Origin: an uncultured Bacteroidales bacterium
GTDB taxonomy: Bacteria; Bacteroidota; Bacteroidia; Bacteroidales; F082
Length of the DNA: 64,000 nt
Direction of reading: 5' to 3'
Assembly (NCBI GenBank): GCA_900318465.1
Contig: ONKQ01000007.1
Coordinates: forward strand, 4,437 to 68,436
A program made the translations under genes and the position numbers. Positions 37,632 to 51,200 of this stretch are shown here, one piece after another (position 1 is the stretch's first letter; every line of letters starts with the position of its first letter). The notes under the pieces were generated by a model that made no database searches, was not told where the DNA came from, and saw only the letters and a program-made list of their open reading frames with translations.

Positions 37632-38930
37632 ATGAAGAATTTTGTTGAAGAACTCCGCTGGCGCGGAATGCTGGCACAGATAATGCCAGGAACGGAAGAA
37701 CTCCTCCAGAAAGAAATGGTGACGGCCTACCTCGGCACCGACCCAACCGCCGACTCACTGCATATCGGCCACCTGTGCGGCATTATGATGCTGCGCCACC
37801 TGCAACGCTGCGGCCACAAGCCCATCATCCTTGTGGGCGGTGCCACTGGTATGATCGGCGACCCTTCGGGCAAGAGCCAAGAACGCAATCTGCTCAACGC
37901 TGAGACTTTATACCACAACCAAGAGTGCATCAAAAAGCAAGTGGCTAAGTTCCTCGATTTCGAGTCGAAGGAGCCGAATGCCGCCGAGATGGTGAACAAC
38001 TACGACTGGATGAAAGACTTCACCTTCCTCGATTTCGCGCGTGAGGTGGGCAAGCACATCACCGTGAACTATATGATGGCCAAGGACAGTGTGCAGCAAC
38101 GCCTCAACGGCACCGCCCGCGACGGCCTCAGTTTCACCGAGTTCACTTACCAACTGCTGCAAGGCTACGACTTCCTCTGGCTCTACCAGCACAAGAACTG
38201 CAAACTCCAATTGGGCGGCAACGACCAATGGGGCAACATCACCACCGGCACGGAACTGATTCGCCGTACTTTAGGCTTTGAGAACGAGGCCTTCGCCCTC
38301 ACCTGTCCGCTCATCACTAAGGCCGATGGCAAGAAGTTTGGCAAGACCGAGAGCGGCAACGTGTGGCTCGACCCCAAGCGCACTTCTCCATACAAGTTCT
38401 ACCAATTCTGGCTCAACGTCAGCGATGAGGATGCAGAGAAATATATCAAGATTTTCACTTCATTAGATAAAGAGACCATCGATGCCCTCGTTGAGGAGCA
38501 CAAGAAAGACCCAGGTCTCCGTGTGCTTCAGAAGCGTCTTGCCCAAGAGGTTACCGTGATGGTACACTCGCAAGAAGCCTTGGATGCCGCCATCGAAGCC
38601 TCTAATATCCTTTTCGGCAAGTCGACCAAAGATGGTTTGGAGAAACTCGACGAGCAGACCTTCTTGGATGTCTTTGACGGTGTGCCTCAGGAGCACCTCT
38701 CCCGCACTGAGCTTGAAGCCGGCATCCCGATTGTCGACTTCATGGCAGTCAATACGCATATCTTCCCCTCCAAGGGCGAGGCCCGCAAGATGACCCAAGC
38801 CAACGGCGTGAGCATCAACAAGGAAAAAGTCACTTTAGACAAGATGATGACCCTCAACGACTTGATTGATGGCAAGTACATCCTCGTTCAAAAGGGCAAG
38901 AAGAACTATTATTTGGTGGTGGTGGAATAA
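37632..38930 (+). CDS. tyrS: Tyrosine--tRNA ligase
   Basis: ORF 37608..38930 trimmed to [18 protein letters not shown] region [13 protein letters not shown]-like KFGKTESG, C-terminal S4-like domain. Confidence 0.93.
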   Translation: MKNFVEELRWRGMLAQIMPGTEELLQKEMVTAYLGTDPTADSLHIGHLCGIMMLRHLQRCGHKPIILVGGATGMIGDPSGKSQERNLLNAETLYHNQECIKKQVAKFLDFESKEPNAAEMVNNYDWMKDFTFLDFAREVGKHITVNYMMAKDSVQQRLNGTARDGLSFTEFTYQLLQGYDFLWLYQHKNCKLQLGGNDQWGNITTGTELIRRTLGFENEAFALTCPLITKADGKKFGKTESGNVWLDPKRTSPYKFYQFWLNVSDEDAEKYIKIFTSLDKETIDALVEEHKKDPGLRVLQKRLAQEVTVMVHSQEALDAAIEASNILFGKSTKDGLEKLDEQTFLDVFDGVPQEHLSRTELEAGIPIVDFMAVNTHIFPSKGEARKMTQANGVSINKEKVTLDKMMTLNDLIDGKYILVQKGKKNYYLVVVE

Positions 38931-38956
38931 TTCACACTCCAACATCCATAAAAATT

Positions 38957-38985
38957 GTGCCGCGCTCCTGATGGAAACGCGGCAC
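38957..38985. terminator. Hairpin between convergent tyrS and the 88-aa gene
   Basis: GTGCCGCG-ctcctgatggaaa-CGCGGCAC followed by attcgTTTTT. Confidence 0.6.
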
Positions 38986-38993
38986 ATTCGTTT

Positions 38994-39260
38994 TTACTTG
39001 TCTTTGTCTTTTCGGCGTTTACCTAAAAGATAAGCCCCGCCAAGACATCCCAAAAGCCAGATGCCATTGCCAATTGGGGTGTAGTCCCATGTGGTGTCGT
39101 GGTCAGGCATAATCCCTGGAAAGTCAAACACTGTCGTGTTGTTGCGGTTCTTGTTATATTCATCTTCCATGATGAAGAACTGCGCGTAGGTTTTATTCAC
39201 ATTGATGAAACTCATCATCACAACCATCAGGCTCACTAAGATTTTACTTCTTGTCTTCAT
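38994..39260 (-). CDS. Small secreted/tail-anchored protein (signal peptide plus C-terminal TM helix plus polybasic tail)
   Basis: 88 aa. MKTRSKILVSLMVVMMSFINVNKTYAQ..., C-terminus ..YTPIGNGIWLLGCLGGAYLLGKRRKDKDK. Starts 16 nt after the stop of the giant gene on the same strand. Confidence 0.5.
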   Translation of the reverse strand: MKTRSKILVSLMVVMMSFINVNKTYAQFFIMEDEYNKNRNNTTVFDFPGIMPDHDTTWDYTPIGNGIWLLGCLGGAYLLGKRRKDKDK

Positions 39261-39275
39261 AATTCGTCCCCTCCC

Positions 39276-42200
39276 TTATTTGATGACCATCTTTTGAACT
39301 TTCACTTTATCGTTGCCGATTAGCCTCAGCAGATACACACCACAGGCAACCTTGGGCAAACTGACACTGCTTTGTCCGCCCGTGACACGTGTCGTCATGA
39401 GGCAACGCCCTTGGACGTCGAACATCTGCAACATACCCTCGCCGTTGACAATCAGCTCGTCACCGAACATGAAGGCGAAATGGTCTGACTCATTAGGTTC
39501 GTCTGGTTCGTCTGGCTCATCAGGCTCCTCGTCGCACCTGAACACGAGCTTGAAGCGCGAGACGTAGTCATGCTGTACGGCCTCAAATTTGTATTCGTCA
39601 TGGGTGAGAAGGTCCAAATCCACACCAGTAAGGTTGTCGATGAGGTGAAGGTAGTTAAAGGTGCCGTGCAGTGTGTTCCACTTCATGGTAAAGACACCAT
39701 CCACCTCCGTTTCAAAACGGACAGGAACCGTGTTAGTGCCAACTGGAGTGAATACTATCTGATAATCAGTGTCCTCAAAATGGGCATACAGCAAAAAGTT
39801 GCCAGACTTCAAGTTGGGTGCCTTGAAACCTCCTCCTTTTGTCGGACGGTTGACCTCCACGGTAGTAAAGTCACGATCGCCACCCTCATCATAGCAAAGC
39901 AGGTTAACCAAAGGATAATTAATATGCTCCTCACGGAAATCGGATTGCAATGATGTATTGGTACCCGCCCTACGCATGTTATCCGTGAATTGTAGGGTGC
40001 CACTTCCATTTACCTTCACAAAGAAACCTTGATGCGGATGGATGTAACTTGTTGCATATAAATCTGGGTTATCTGATTGCGTTGTCGTATGAGAAGTAAA
40101 TACCTGATTATCGTCATCACGCGTATAATAAGTATAAGTGTGTACAGTAACTTCTTCCTCGCCAACCAGTATTTTCCCCTCTTCTGAATATATAATATCT
40201 TTATTAGGTGAATCTTCTACAAACTTTCCGAAATCCAAATAGCTCTGATAAGGATTGCCGACAAGGTTGAGCGTTCGCCATGGTTCGTCGTAACGGTATT
40301 GTGGCCTTGGATTGTGGGTTCCCACAGCCGTCAAGGTTACTGGTGCATAAATGTCTCCCGTATTCAGTTGGCCGTCAGCCATCATCATGGATTCCGAGGA
40401 AAGCGCCATCATGTAGCCCTTGCCCGTGAGCAAACAAGGCTCGTTGCCCAATGTGAATGAGTAGCTGTTCTCTCCTGTAGGGAGATTATAGCCATAGTCA
40501 AGCCTCAAATGGTCACCGTTGTCGTCGGCATCCATGTGCCAGTGGTCTAACCATTTGCTACTGCCCTCAGGCTGGTTAATACTGCCCTCACGCTTGAAAT
40601 TAATCCAATGGTAGAATTCCTCGCTGTAACAATACAAGTCGAAGAAACCGTCTTCCGCGGATGAGGTATGGCCTCCAGCACCAGGCCTCCATGTGCCGTA
40701 TGGTGTGTTGGTGGGGAAGTAACCAATCTTTTTACCATTTTCATTATAACTAAGTGTATCGTTTCTGTCAGACTGGAACCACGAGACATGGGGCGGATCA
40801 AAGTAGTTGCGGTTGCTCCAAATAGTATGGGAATGTTTGGCTTTATTGGGGATGTCATCAGAATACTGTCCTCCCGAATATGGAGTATGGTATTGGTAAA
40901 CAACACTACCATTAACGACGTAATTAGTATCCGTATGATAATCCAATCCCATCGGCACATCCTTGATGGCCGAACTGAACAAGTGCCAGTTGGGATTGGG
41001 GGTGAAATCGCTGTCGCCTTTTCTGGCGTTCTTGATAGTCACTCCAGCGCGGGCAGTCAATTTGGCATTGGCAGGTTGTGTGATGCCTATGTCCTCGTGG
41101 ATATGGAGCGGCACATTGACGTTGCCGGTAATTTCGACATCAGCAGGAACGTCTCCCGGCTGCACATCATACAAGTACATGGCGGCAACCGAGCCATCGG
41201 TATTGCAGGCTTTGAAATTCTTGCCTGTGGCGGCCCACATATCGTTGACATTGTCCTCATACAACATATAGATACCGTCCTTGGAGCCAACGCTGTTGAA
41301 ATCTTCATCCGCGTTTTTCCAAGTCAGCATGGGGATGGGATAGTCGTCGTTGATGGGACTGGCCATAGTGCGTGTCCATTTTGCATAGGTGGGCGTGGTC
41401 TTGTTTGCCGTGTCCACCCAATGGTTCAATGCGTGTTGCAGACCACCAATCAAAGTGTCGTTGATTCTGTTGCCTACGTATTTAGTGTAAGTTTGATTAG
41501 GTTGTTTGTAGTGTGCCGTATCAATCAACGTTCCGTCCTTGTCATACATATTGTGGTCACGGTGTTTGAAGCCGTATTTTTTACTGTAGCGCTTGGTTTC
41601 CGAATAAGTGCCGTGACCAGAAGGAGGCGTGCCAGCTTTGATGTACTCGCCACCTTCGGCAACACCAGGAGAATCCATCTTTTCCTTGGCTCCATAACAA
41701 TACATAATGTTGGCGTTATTGCTCGTCCCTACAAACCAGCCGAAGACACTCTCAGGGGTATCATTTTTGGGCTCGTTGCCCTGCAAGCGCGTGTAGCAGT
41801 TCTCCACCGTGCCGTCGTTCTCTCCCACAAGGCCGCCAATAAACTTGCCTCCCCCCATGGGGTAATTGACATTGTATTCCGTGTCGATTATCTTTATCTT
41901 TTCCGGGAACTTGGGATTGGCAAAACTATTGTAGAGGCTGCTTTTCTGGTCAAGGTAGCCCACCAGTCCGCCGATGTAATAAGGGGTACCCACTATTTCC
42001 GGCATGGCCATTGAGGAATGGATGACAACTGGGTTTTCTGGGATTGCCGAACTTGTTCCTTGCGCCGGTATGGCACCACCTACGGCCTTGCCCACAAGTC
42101 CTCCGATATAGGTGTTTTCAGGAAGGCACTCCGATGCCTGCACAATAATCTGGCCTCGCGACTCGCTACAAATGATGCTTGCGCCGTGCATGGCCTCACC

Positions 42201-45200
42201 CGCGATGCCGCCAACCCGATAGGGAAGTATATCCAAGTTGTCATCTTTCTTGAACGCCCAGTACACATGATCGTCTACGAAGGTATTCATCACTTTGCCG
42301 GCTCCTTCAAATTCTGTATTGTATGGTAATGATTGTGATTGATCATCATTATAGACCGTCATATTATAGGTATATTTCTTGGTCACTGTTCCAAACAAAC
42401 CATATTTCTCGATGCCAGTCACATAGCGGCATCTCAGACCTGTGATGACATGGCCTTGGCCATTGAACTCGCCCACAAAGGCACCACCATCACTGAAAAC
42501 TATTTCAGCACCGTATTTTGTTTTCAGCTGCGTTTCTCCATCACCCAAATAGAAGGCCGGGAGCGAAGAGCCAATCGGCACCCAAAGATGCTCTCTCATA
42601 TCAATATCGTTTTCAACGATAGCCTTGGCGTTAGGTTGAGGCGCTTGGCCATTCAAGCCGTTGACAATCGAAGTGAACCACGCCAAGCCTCGGTTTGTCT
42701 TGATGTGATACACATCACCCACTAACTTAATATGGTCGTCACCAGGATTGGAAGTGACTTCTGTCGTCCAGCAGCCGTAGAGGTAGTCGCATTGCCGCCT
42801 CAGGGTGTCAGGATTGACCGTGTTGTGTACATGGAGTGCATAATACTTGTTGGCATCGTCGAAGAAGGCGGCGTTGGTAAGCACACCCGAAGCGGGAATC
42901 AGGTCGGTGAGCCATCTTTCGCGAGTTACATCCGATGTTTGTTGCGTGTCTTCTTCGCCTATCAACTTCGTGTAAATCACCGCACGGAAGCCGTGGTCGA
43001 CCGTCAGGCCGATGTTGGTGTAGTATTTATTTGTTTCAGGGTCTTTTTTCGAGATGTCGGAAAGCAGGGTGATAACTCGCTTCATCTTAGTATTTGCATC
43101 GTTGAGAATCGTCCATGCCTGAGTTGAGGGCAGTGTTGAAGGCAGCGGATAAGGGTTGGTGGGCAAATACACGTTGTTGCGGTTGTTTTGGTCGGGTTCA
43201 GACGGGTCATACACCGGTCCATTAGTTCCTGCCCAGTTTTCGGTGACTTGGAGGTAATGGATGGCTTCAGTGCCGTCGCCTACATAGAGCACGCCGTTCT
43301 GATAGATGCCACCGCCGCCTTTGTGAGCAGCAAGGTCAGATGCATCCACATGATTGTGCTTCACCTCGCACTTATTAATCATGGTCATTTCGGCTTCATC
43401 GCCAATGAATACACCACCACCCGATTCGGTAGCATGGTTATAGTCGATTTCTCCATCGCTGAAAACCACCTTGGCGTTGTTGATATTCACATAAATGCCA
43501 CCACCATTCAACATGGCATCATTGAAGTTGATTTCCGGGTAGGTGACGAGGCAGCCAACGGTATCTGCCTCTGGCTTCAGCGGCACGTCGCCTTCGCGGG
43601 TCTTCGGGGCAACACGGATGGTGTCGTCGGCCACACTCGACCAAAGGGCTTGCTCCAAAGGGCTCATCTCCATAAAGAGCGGGTTGATGCCGAAACTCGG
43701 GTAGATTTCGCGGGGAAGGTTCGGAGTTGACTTGCCGCCACCTCCGCCACTATTATCCGCCTCGAAGTTGGCCACATAATCGCCGCCGCTTTCAGGAGTG
43801 ACGGTGAATTGGTAGGTTGCTTCGGTGGAAACCTCGGCACCGTCTTTCGTCCACTTGAGGAAGCGGTAGCCTCCCACAGCCGTGGCCTTCAGTTCGCAGG
43901 TTTGACCGATATTGAACACGTTGTGGTCTTGTCCATTACCACCACTCACTGTTGCCGTGCCTTGGCTGTTATCGCCTGTGGCTGTTGTTGCGGTGATGGT
44001 GTAGTCGACATAGCCGAAATTAGCCACAAGGGTATGGTTGGCATCCAAGTCGGAAATAGTGTAGGTGGGAATGGTGGAAACCTCGTTTCCGTTTTCCGTC
44101 CATTTTACGAAGAAGTAACCTGGGTTGCGTGCTGCCGTCAGGGTGACTTCTTCGCCCTCGTCGTAAAGGCCGGTGCCTGTTATCGTTCCGCCATCGGTCG
44201 GGTCGGCTGTGGCAGCAATCATATACTCCTTCTTGAAGTAGGCCTTGTAGGTGCCTGACTCATGGACGTAGAAACTATAGATAGGACTGAGGGAAACCGA
44301 ATCCACCTCGGTTTCGTTTTCAACTTTCACCCATTTCTCGAAGCGATAGGTATTTTCGGGCACAGCCGTCAAGGAGCAGAGTTGATCGTAATGGAACACA
44401 TTGTTGCCCGATCCTGTACCACCGCTCACTGTCACCGTGCCTTGGGCAGTACTGGTTGAAATAGCGGTGATGGTGTAGGTGATGTTGTCGAAATGGGCCA
44501 CAAGGGTATGGTTTGCGCTTATATTTTCAATGGTGTAAGTAGGATTGGTGGAAACTTGGGTATTACCCTCCATCCATTTGGTGAACTGGTAGCCCGTGTT
44601 GGGCAAAGCCTCCAATGTGCAGTTGGCACCACTGGCAAAGGTGCCTGCACCGCTCACCGTGCCGCCAATGGAAGGATTAGCCGTTGCCGCGATTGTATAA
44701 ACCAGCGCAAAGTTGGCCACGTAGTTTCCTGCCGTTGTTGAACTTACTGTGAAAGTGTAATTCGCATTGGTAGAAACCGAATTGCCATCTTTCGTCCAAT
44801 TGGCGAACTGGTAGCCCTCGGCAGCAGTGGCCGTCAGGGTGCAGGATGTACCGTTGTCGAAGGTGCCGCCGCCGCTCACCGTGCCATGAGCAGAATTGGA
44901 TGAAGTGGCGGTGATGGCGAATGTCTGAATGAAATTGGCTGTGTAGGTGCCCGATTCAGTAACGCTGAACTCGTATGGGGTTTCCTCGGAAACCTCAACA
45001 TTGTCCCTGGTCCAATTGACGAAGCGATAGCCCTGCGTGGCATCGGGCGTAGCCTCCAAGGTGCAGTCGTCACCATAAGCATAGCTTCCGCCGCCTGTCA
45101 CCGTGCCGCCTGTGCCTGGATTGGCAGTGATAATGTATTGATAATTTGGGTTGAAATGCGCCACATATTGGCCTGCCGTTGTTGAATTTACGGTGAAAGT

Positions 45201-48200
45201 GTAATTCCAATTGGTGGAAACCGGCTCTGTTTCGCCAGCTTTGGTCCAGTTGAGGAACGACTCATTGGGAGTGGCCGTCAGGGTGCATTGGTCACCTGCA
45301 TAGAAATAACCATTGTTTGAAATGCTGACATTACCTATGTTAGCAGGGTCGGTGGTGGCGGTAATCTGGCCGTCGCAGAGGAATTTCTCGTGATTTACCG
45401 TAGTAGCATAGATATACTTGTCTTCCGTATTCTTGACATAGGCACGCCAATAGTAGTTGCCAGTGGTTATGTCATCGTTGGTAGAATTCAGCGAAATGGT
45501 AAAGCGCATGGTGCTGGGGTTGGGTGCAGTGACGGCAACAGACTTATATTTCACGTCATTTCCTCCAATTTTGGGGTCGGCATTGCTTGTACTATAGCAC
45601 ACACCATATTCCGTGATATAATGGTTGGGGTCGGGACTACCGATAATGCCTGTCAGGTTGACGGTGGTAGTAGTGGCACCTTGGCACTCGCCAGTGGCCA
45701 CAATAGGCAGGGTAATGCACGTAGTTTGGTCGCTGTAGGTGTTGTGTGTGTATACGGCCTGTTCCGAATGGGCATAGGCCGTGATGTAATACTGCTTGTT
45801 GGGAACCAAAGTATAGTCATCAGAAGTCGCAAATGTAACCGATGGAATGGTTTCGGTATTGCCATGATCAATCGTCTGTTCCTTCGTGCTATGGCCGCAA
45901 ACGTGGTCGACCGACTCCGATTCGAGGGTCGGATTAGGCTCTTCGCTGAAGCAGATACCGTATTTTGTAATGGTATAGTCGGCTCCGGCAGTCACCGTGA
46001 TGCCCGAAATGGTAATGCTGCCATCCGTGGTCGTAATCACAATGTTTTCGAGGTTGAAAATGTGCGGGTCGTAGATGGTAGTGAAGGTCACTGGATAGGA
46101 ATGGGTATCAGTTGTGCCAAGGGTATTCGAGGCGTAGGCATACACTTGGTATTGGGTTTCAGCAACTAATCCGCTAAGATTCACCGTAAACTCGCTGTTA
46201 TTCGCTGCCGTCAGTCCCGATCCTGGCACTTGCTGATAGGGATATGGCTCATTGGTATTGGGGTCAATTCCGGCTTTCCTGTAATAAATTCCGTAAGTGA
46301 AAGCACTATTGAACGCATAGCCGCCCCAGTCGACGGTGCAAACCACAGAGGCAACATGGTTTTGGATGTCGGTCACGTTCACATGGATGTGAGGTGGCGT
46401 AAGGGGCATGGTCGTAAAGTTGTAGTCGTTGCTGTAGGCAATTTGCGATTCCTGTGGATTTGAGACATTCGCAGCATAGGCTCTCACATAGTAAGTTTTT
46501 GATGCTTCCAGAGGTGGGTTGAGGTTCTCCGAGTCTGGGTTCGTTTGGGTAGGATCATTCGGTATGGTAAGGGTGAATTCCCGTCCTTCCGCCACGGTTC
46601 CTTCCACCTCCACATGAAAACAGTTGGTAGTATTATGCTCGGTTGGGAAATGCTCCGAACTGCTGTAGCAAATGCCATAAACCTTGATGTCGCTTCCGCC
46701 GTTGTACACAATTTTTCCCGTAATCTTGGCCGAATTCTGTGTGATTTCTGAAATGCGCACGGCTCTCACCACGGGCAGGTTGCCGTTGGGAGTGATGAAC
46801 TGTCTGGGTGTGGTGAGGGCATATTGGGGAAGGTAGGCAGGCTCATGCACATTGGTTGTATAGGATGCGAAAGCGCTCACATAGTAGGTGGTGTTGGGAT
46901 CGAGTCCTGATTTCGTTCCTGTGAAAGTCCTTCCCGACGTGCCGGTGAGGGGAACAATGTTTGCAGGCTTCAGTTCGGGGTCGTCGTCGGTGCTAAGGAT
47001 GAAACCATAGTCCATGAGATTGCCCATATTCGTTCCCTCTGGCATGGTGAAAGTGAAACTATAGGTATATTTGCCATCTTGTACACCGACTTGAGCAAAA
47101 TCCACCGTTCCATTTCCCATGTCGGGGAGTGTCTGAAGGGTTTTGAACTCTTCCACTTCACCGTAGCCATACTTTCTATCCTTGAAGGCGTAGGCACGCA
47201 CATAGTAGGTTCTCGAGGCTGTGAGGCCTGTCAAGTCGAGGGTGAAGTAGTCGTCGGTGCCAATCGGAAATTCGGGGACGAGGACCACGCCACTTTTCCC
47301 GACCTCCAAAGGATGGGAGGCACTGGGGGCATTGGTGGAATAGATGATGCCGCGTGCTTCGACCGCGATACCGTTCGGGTCATCCTCGGTGGGGCCCACG
47401 CCATTGTCAACCACCTTGCCGTTGGCGGTGGCCGATGTGGAGCCGATGTTGGAAACGGCACCCGTCAGCACCATAGGCGATGCTGAAAAGGTAGTGAATG
47501 TGCAATCGTCGCTGTAGCCAGTCTTGGGACAGCCAGTAGGCGATTGCTTGTTCGTCACGGAAATTTTCACCGTATAGTCGGTGCCAGGCTCAAGATTGGA
47601 GATGGTGAGGCGTCGGCATCCTGGCAAGTCGCCAATCACCGAAGAGGGGGCAACAGCAGCCGCGCCTTGGTTGGTGGAAACCCACAACAGTTGGGCGTTG
47701 AAGGCATCGTCGGTGAAGCCAAAGGCAGGATTTGTATAGTATTCCTGATTGAGGTTGTCGATGACATGGTAGTGGATGGTGGCGGTGTATTTGCCGGAAG
47801 TGTTCTCATCCCTGCCCAGTTCGACGTCAATGATGTCAACAATAGGCTTGGCATTGCGTTTCTTGATGGTGAAGATACCACCTTGGCCTCCTTCACCAGA
47901 TTCACCACCGATGTTCACGCCACCACCGTTGCCGCCAACATTATTGACGCGCTTGGCTTGGTTGTTTGAAATGGCGCCGCCAAACATTTCGATGTTGCCG
48001 CTTCTGACAAACACGCCGCCGCCGTGACCCGTGATAGCGATGTTGCCTAATTCTCTGTATTCAGTATTATTCTCATTATTACCCGGATGGCCTATGTAGT
48101 CGCCGTTGATGGTGATTTTGCCTTCATGGTTGTCGATGCCGCCGCCGTTCAGTTGGGCAGTGTTCTTTTGGATAAGGGTGCGTCCGCTCAGGCCGTAGGG

Positions 48201-51200
48201 ACCGGTAATGATGTCGCCCACTTGGGTATAGATGCCGCCACCATTGCCAGTGACGGCCTTGTTTTCAATCAGTTGGCAACCATACACGCGGATGTTGCCG
48301 CTGTGGTTGTTGAGGCCGCCGCCGTTGATGTTGGCCGAGTTGCCTACGATGTTGGAGCCTTGGGCGAAGATGGAGCCATATTTGAGGTAGATGCCGCCGC
48401 CGCGTCCGGTAGGCGCCACTTCCGTGCCGTTGGCGCCACGGGTCTTGTTTTCCTTCAGGGAGGAGTTCAGCAGTCGGATGGTGTAGCCCGTTGACGATGA
48501 GTGGGGACCTTCGCAGAAGATGCCGCCGCCGTTGCCAAGGGTGGAGGTGTTGTTGCGCAAGGTGGCGTAACGGATGTTGACGCGCCCCGTGTGGTTGTTG
48601 ATGCCACCTCCGTTGTAGCGTGCAATGTTGTTGTAAAGCTCGACGCCATTGAAGGCGGTGATTTCGTCGATGGGGATGTCGGATGGGAACGAAAGCAGGT
48701 GGATGTCGCCCACGTTGGTGTAGATGCCGCCGCCGTGGCCGTTTTCGGCGGTGTTGTTGCTCACCGAGCCGCCGTAGAAGATAATGTCGCCACTGTGGTT
48801 GTTGGCACCGCCGCCGTTGTTTCCGGCCGTGTTGTTTACTACGAGGGCGTTGTAGGCCTTGATGGTGCCTTGGTTGGCGTAGATGCCACCGCCGTTCACG
48901 CCGGCCGTGTTGCCCGTGATTTCTATCTGGTCGTTGTCTTCGTCTTTATTAATGGTGATGATGCCATAGTGCGTGTCGATGCCGCCGCCATTGAAGTCGG
49001 CATGGTTGTCGGTGACTTTCGATTGGCGCAGGGTGACGCTGTTGGTGCTGTTTTCGGCATAGTCCTCGATGTCGATGTCGCCGAGATTGGTGTAGATGCC
49101 GCCACCGCTGTGGTGCGCGGTATTGCTGCTGACTTCCGAACCCAGCAGGTTGATGTTGCCGTCATGGTTGTTGATGCCGCCGCCGTTCCAGTTGGCGGTG
49201 TTGCCGTTGACGGTGGAGGCCGTAAGATTGATGATGCCGTATTGCAGGTAGATGCCGCCGCCGCAGCCGGTGGTCACGTTGTTGACGGTGGCTCCCGTGC
49301 CTGTCGAGGCCTCGTTGTTGTTGATTTCCGCATTCACGAGGTGAATGTATTCGGCAGAAACTTCTTCTTCGCCCATGCAGAACACGCCGCCGCCGCTACC
49401 GTTGATGGCAGTGTTGTGGCTGATCTTGATCTTTGAGTCGTATTCCTTGCCCACGGCAAAAATCAAGCCTTTGTGGGTGTTGATGCCGCCGCCGTTTTGA
49501 CCAGCTCTGTTGTAGGTAATCTCCGAAGGTCGAGCAGCGTCTTGGATGACATAGTTGGTGCCGCCATCAGGATCCCAATAGTTGATGAAGATGCTGCCGA
49601 TGTTGGTGTAAACGCCACCGCCGCTGCCGGTTGTGGCGGTGTTGCCTTTGTTTTCGCCGCCGATGGTGCTGCCCTTGATGCGGATGTCGCCCTGATGGTT
49701 GTTGATGCCGCCGCCGTTTATGGCGGCAGTGTTGTTTTGGATAACGGCATATTCGGCGGTGATAAGGCCTTCTTCAAGATAGATGCCGCCGCCATGGTGG
49801 CCGGCACGGTTGCCTGCGGCTTGCATCTCGCCGCCGATGGTACCGCCTAAAATGTCCACGTTGCCGTATTTCACATACAAGCCGCCGCCGTCGTTTGTGG
49901 CGGTGTTTGTGTGGATGTTGCCCGTGGCATACACGGTGGTGCTCACTTTCGAGACTGTTCCGTCTGTGAGGGGATATTGATCTACGGTGTAGGTATTGGG
50001 ATAGGCTTCCACATACACGCCGCCGCCGTCTCCCGAATGGTTGTCGTTAACCAGCATCTCGTCGGCTGGATTGTCCGGGTCGAGTTCGGGGTCGCTCACC
50101 ACGACGGTAACGTCTTGCGGTTTCACCTTGGGAATCTCGGTGCTGGTTGGCAGCGAGAAGGTTTCGATGCCGCCGTTGTTATTCGTGAAGGAAAAGGTGA
50201 TTTCCTCATCTTTGTAGGTTTTGATGGCCACGCCGCCGCCCTTGCCCGACTGTCCATTGCCACCAGTCTTGTTGCCTGTGATTTTGCCGTAGTTGAGTAT
50301 GCAATTCACCTTGTAGAACGGCGTGCTGGGGTCTCTTGAGATGTAAACGCCGCCACCGTAGATGCCGTTGGCGGTATTGTTGGTGATGGTTGCGCCGTTT
50401 TGTCTGAACTCCGTTCTGAACGGTATAGGTTCTCCATTTTCATCATATTGAATCTGTCCATTTTCATCGGCTATCCAATAAATGATGCCATTGGTGTAAT
50501 TAAGGTAGGTGTTGGCAATACCCCACGTGTTTCTCATAACTTTTGCCTCGATGGCCACACCGCCGCCATCTTCTTGGGCAACATTGCCGGAGATGACTGT
50601 GGCGGGGTCGAGTTTGAGGATGGAGTGTTGGGGGATGAGGCCCGGTGTGCCATCGCCGAAGTCCACATAGGTGGAGAGGTAGATGCCGCCGCCCTTGCCG
50701 TCGGTGCGGTTGTTGCGTATGGTGCAGTTGGTGATTTCGGCCGGACCTTTCAGCAGCATGCCGCCGCCGCCAAACACTTGCTTTCTTTCTATCCATGTGA
50801 AACTGTTCTCGATGAGGCAATTGTTCACCCGCATGGGTTCCGCAGAGGAGCAGCCGTGCCAGCGCACGGGGCAGCCGTAGTTGTGCGTGAAGTGGCAGCC
50901 GTCGAGGGAGAGCTTCACCTGATTGTTGCCTACGGTGCGGACGGTTGCGTTGGCATTGTCGGTGTTTGTGGTGCTTCCCACGGCAAGGGAATAAGAGCCA
51001 AAGATGTTCTCGAACTTGCAGTATTTCAGCCGAGCATCGCGGTTTTCGTTGTTGCCACCTTGACCCTGCATCCTGAGCACGGGAGAGCCGGTAGTGCTCT
51101 TGGCTCCGATGTTGGTGAACAGGCAGTGGTTGAATTCAAGATCGATGGTAGCAGTGGCGTTGTTGGTATACACTTGCGTCATGCCTGCGTTGGTATAGCT

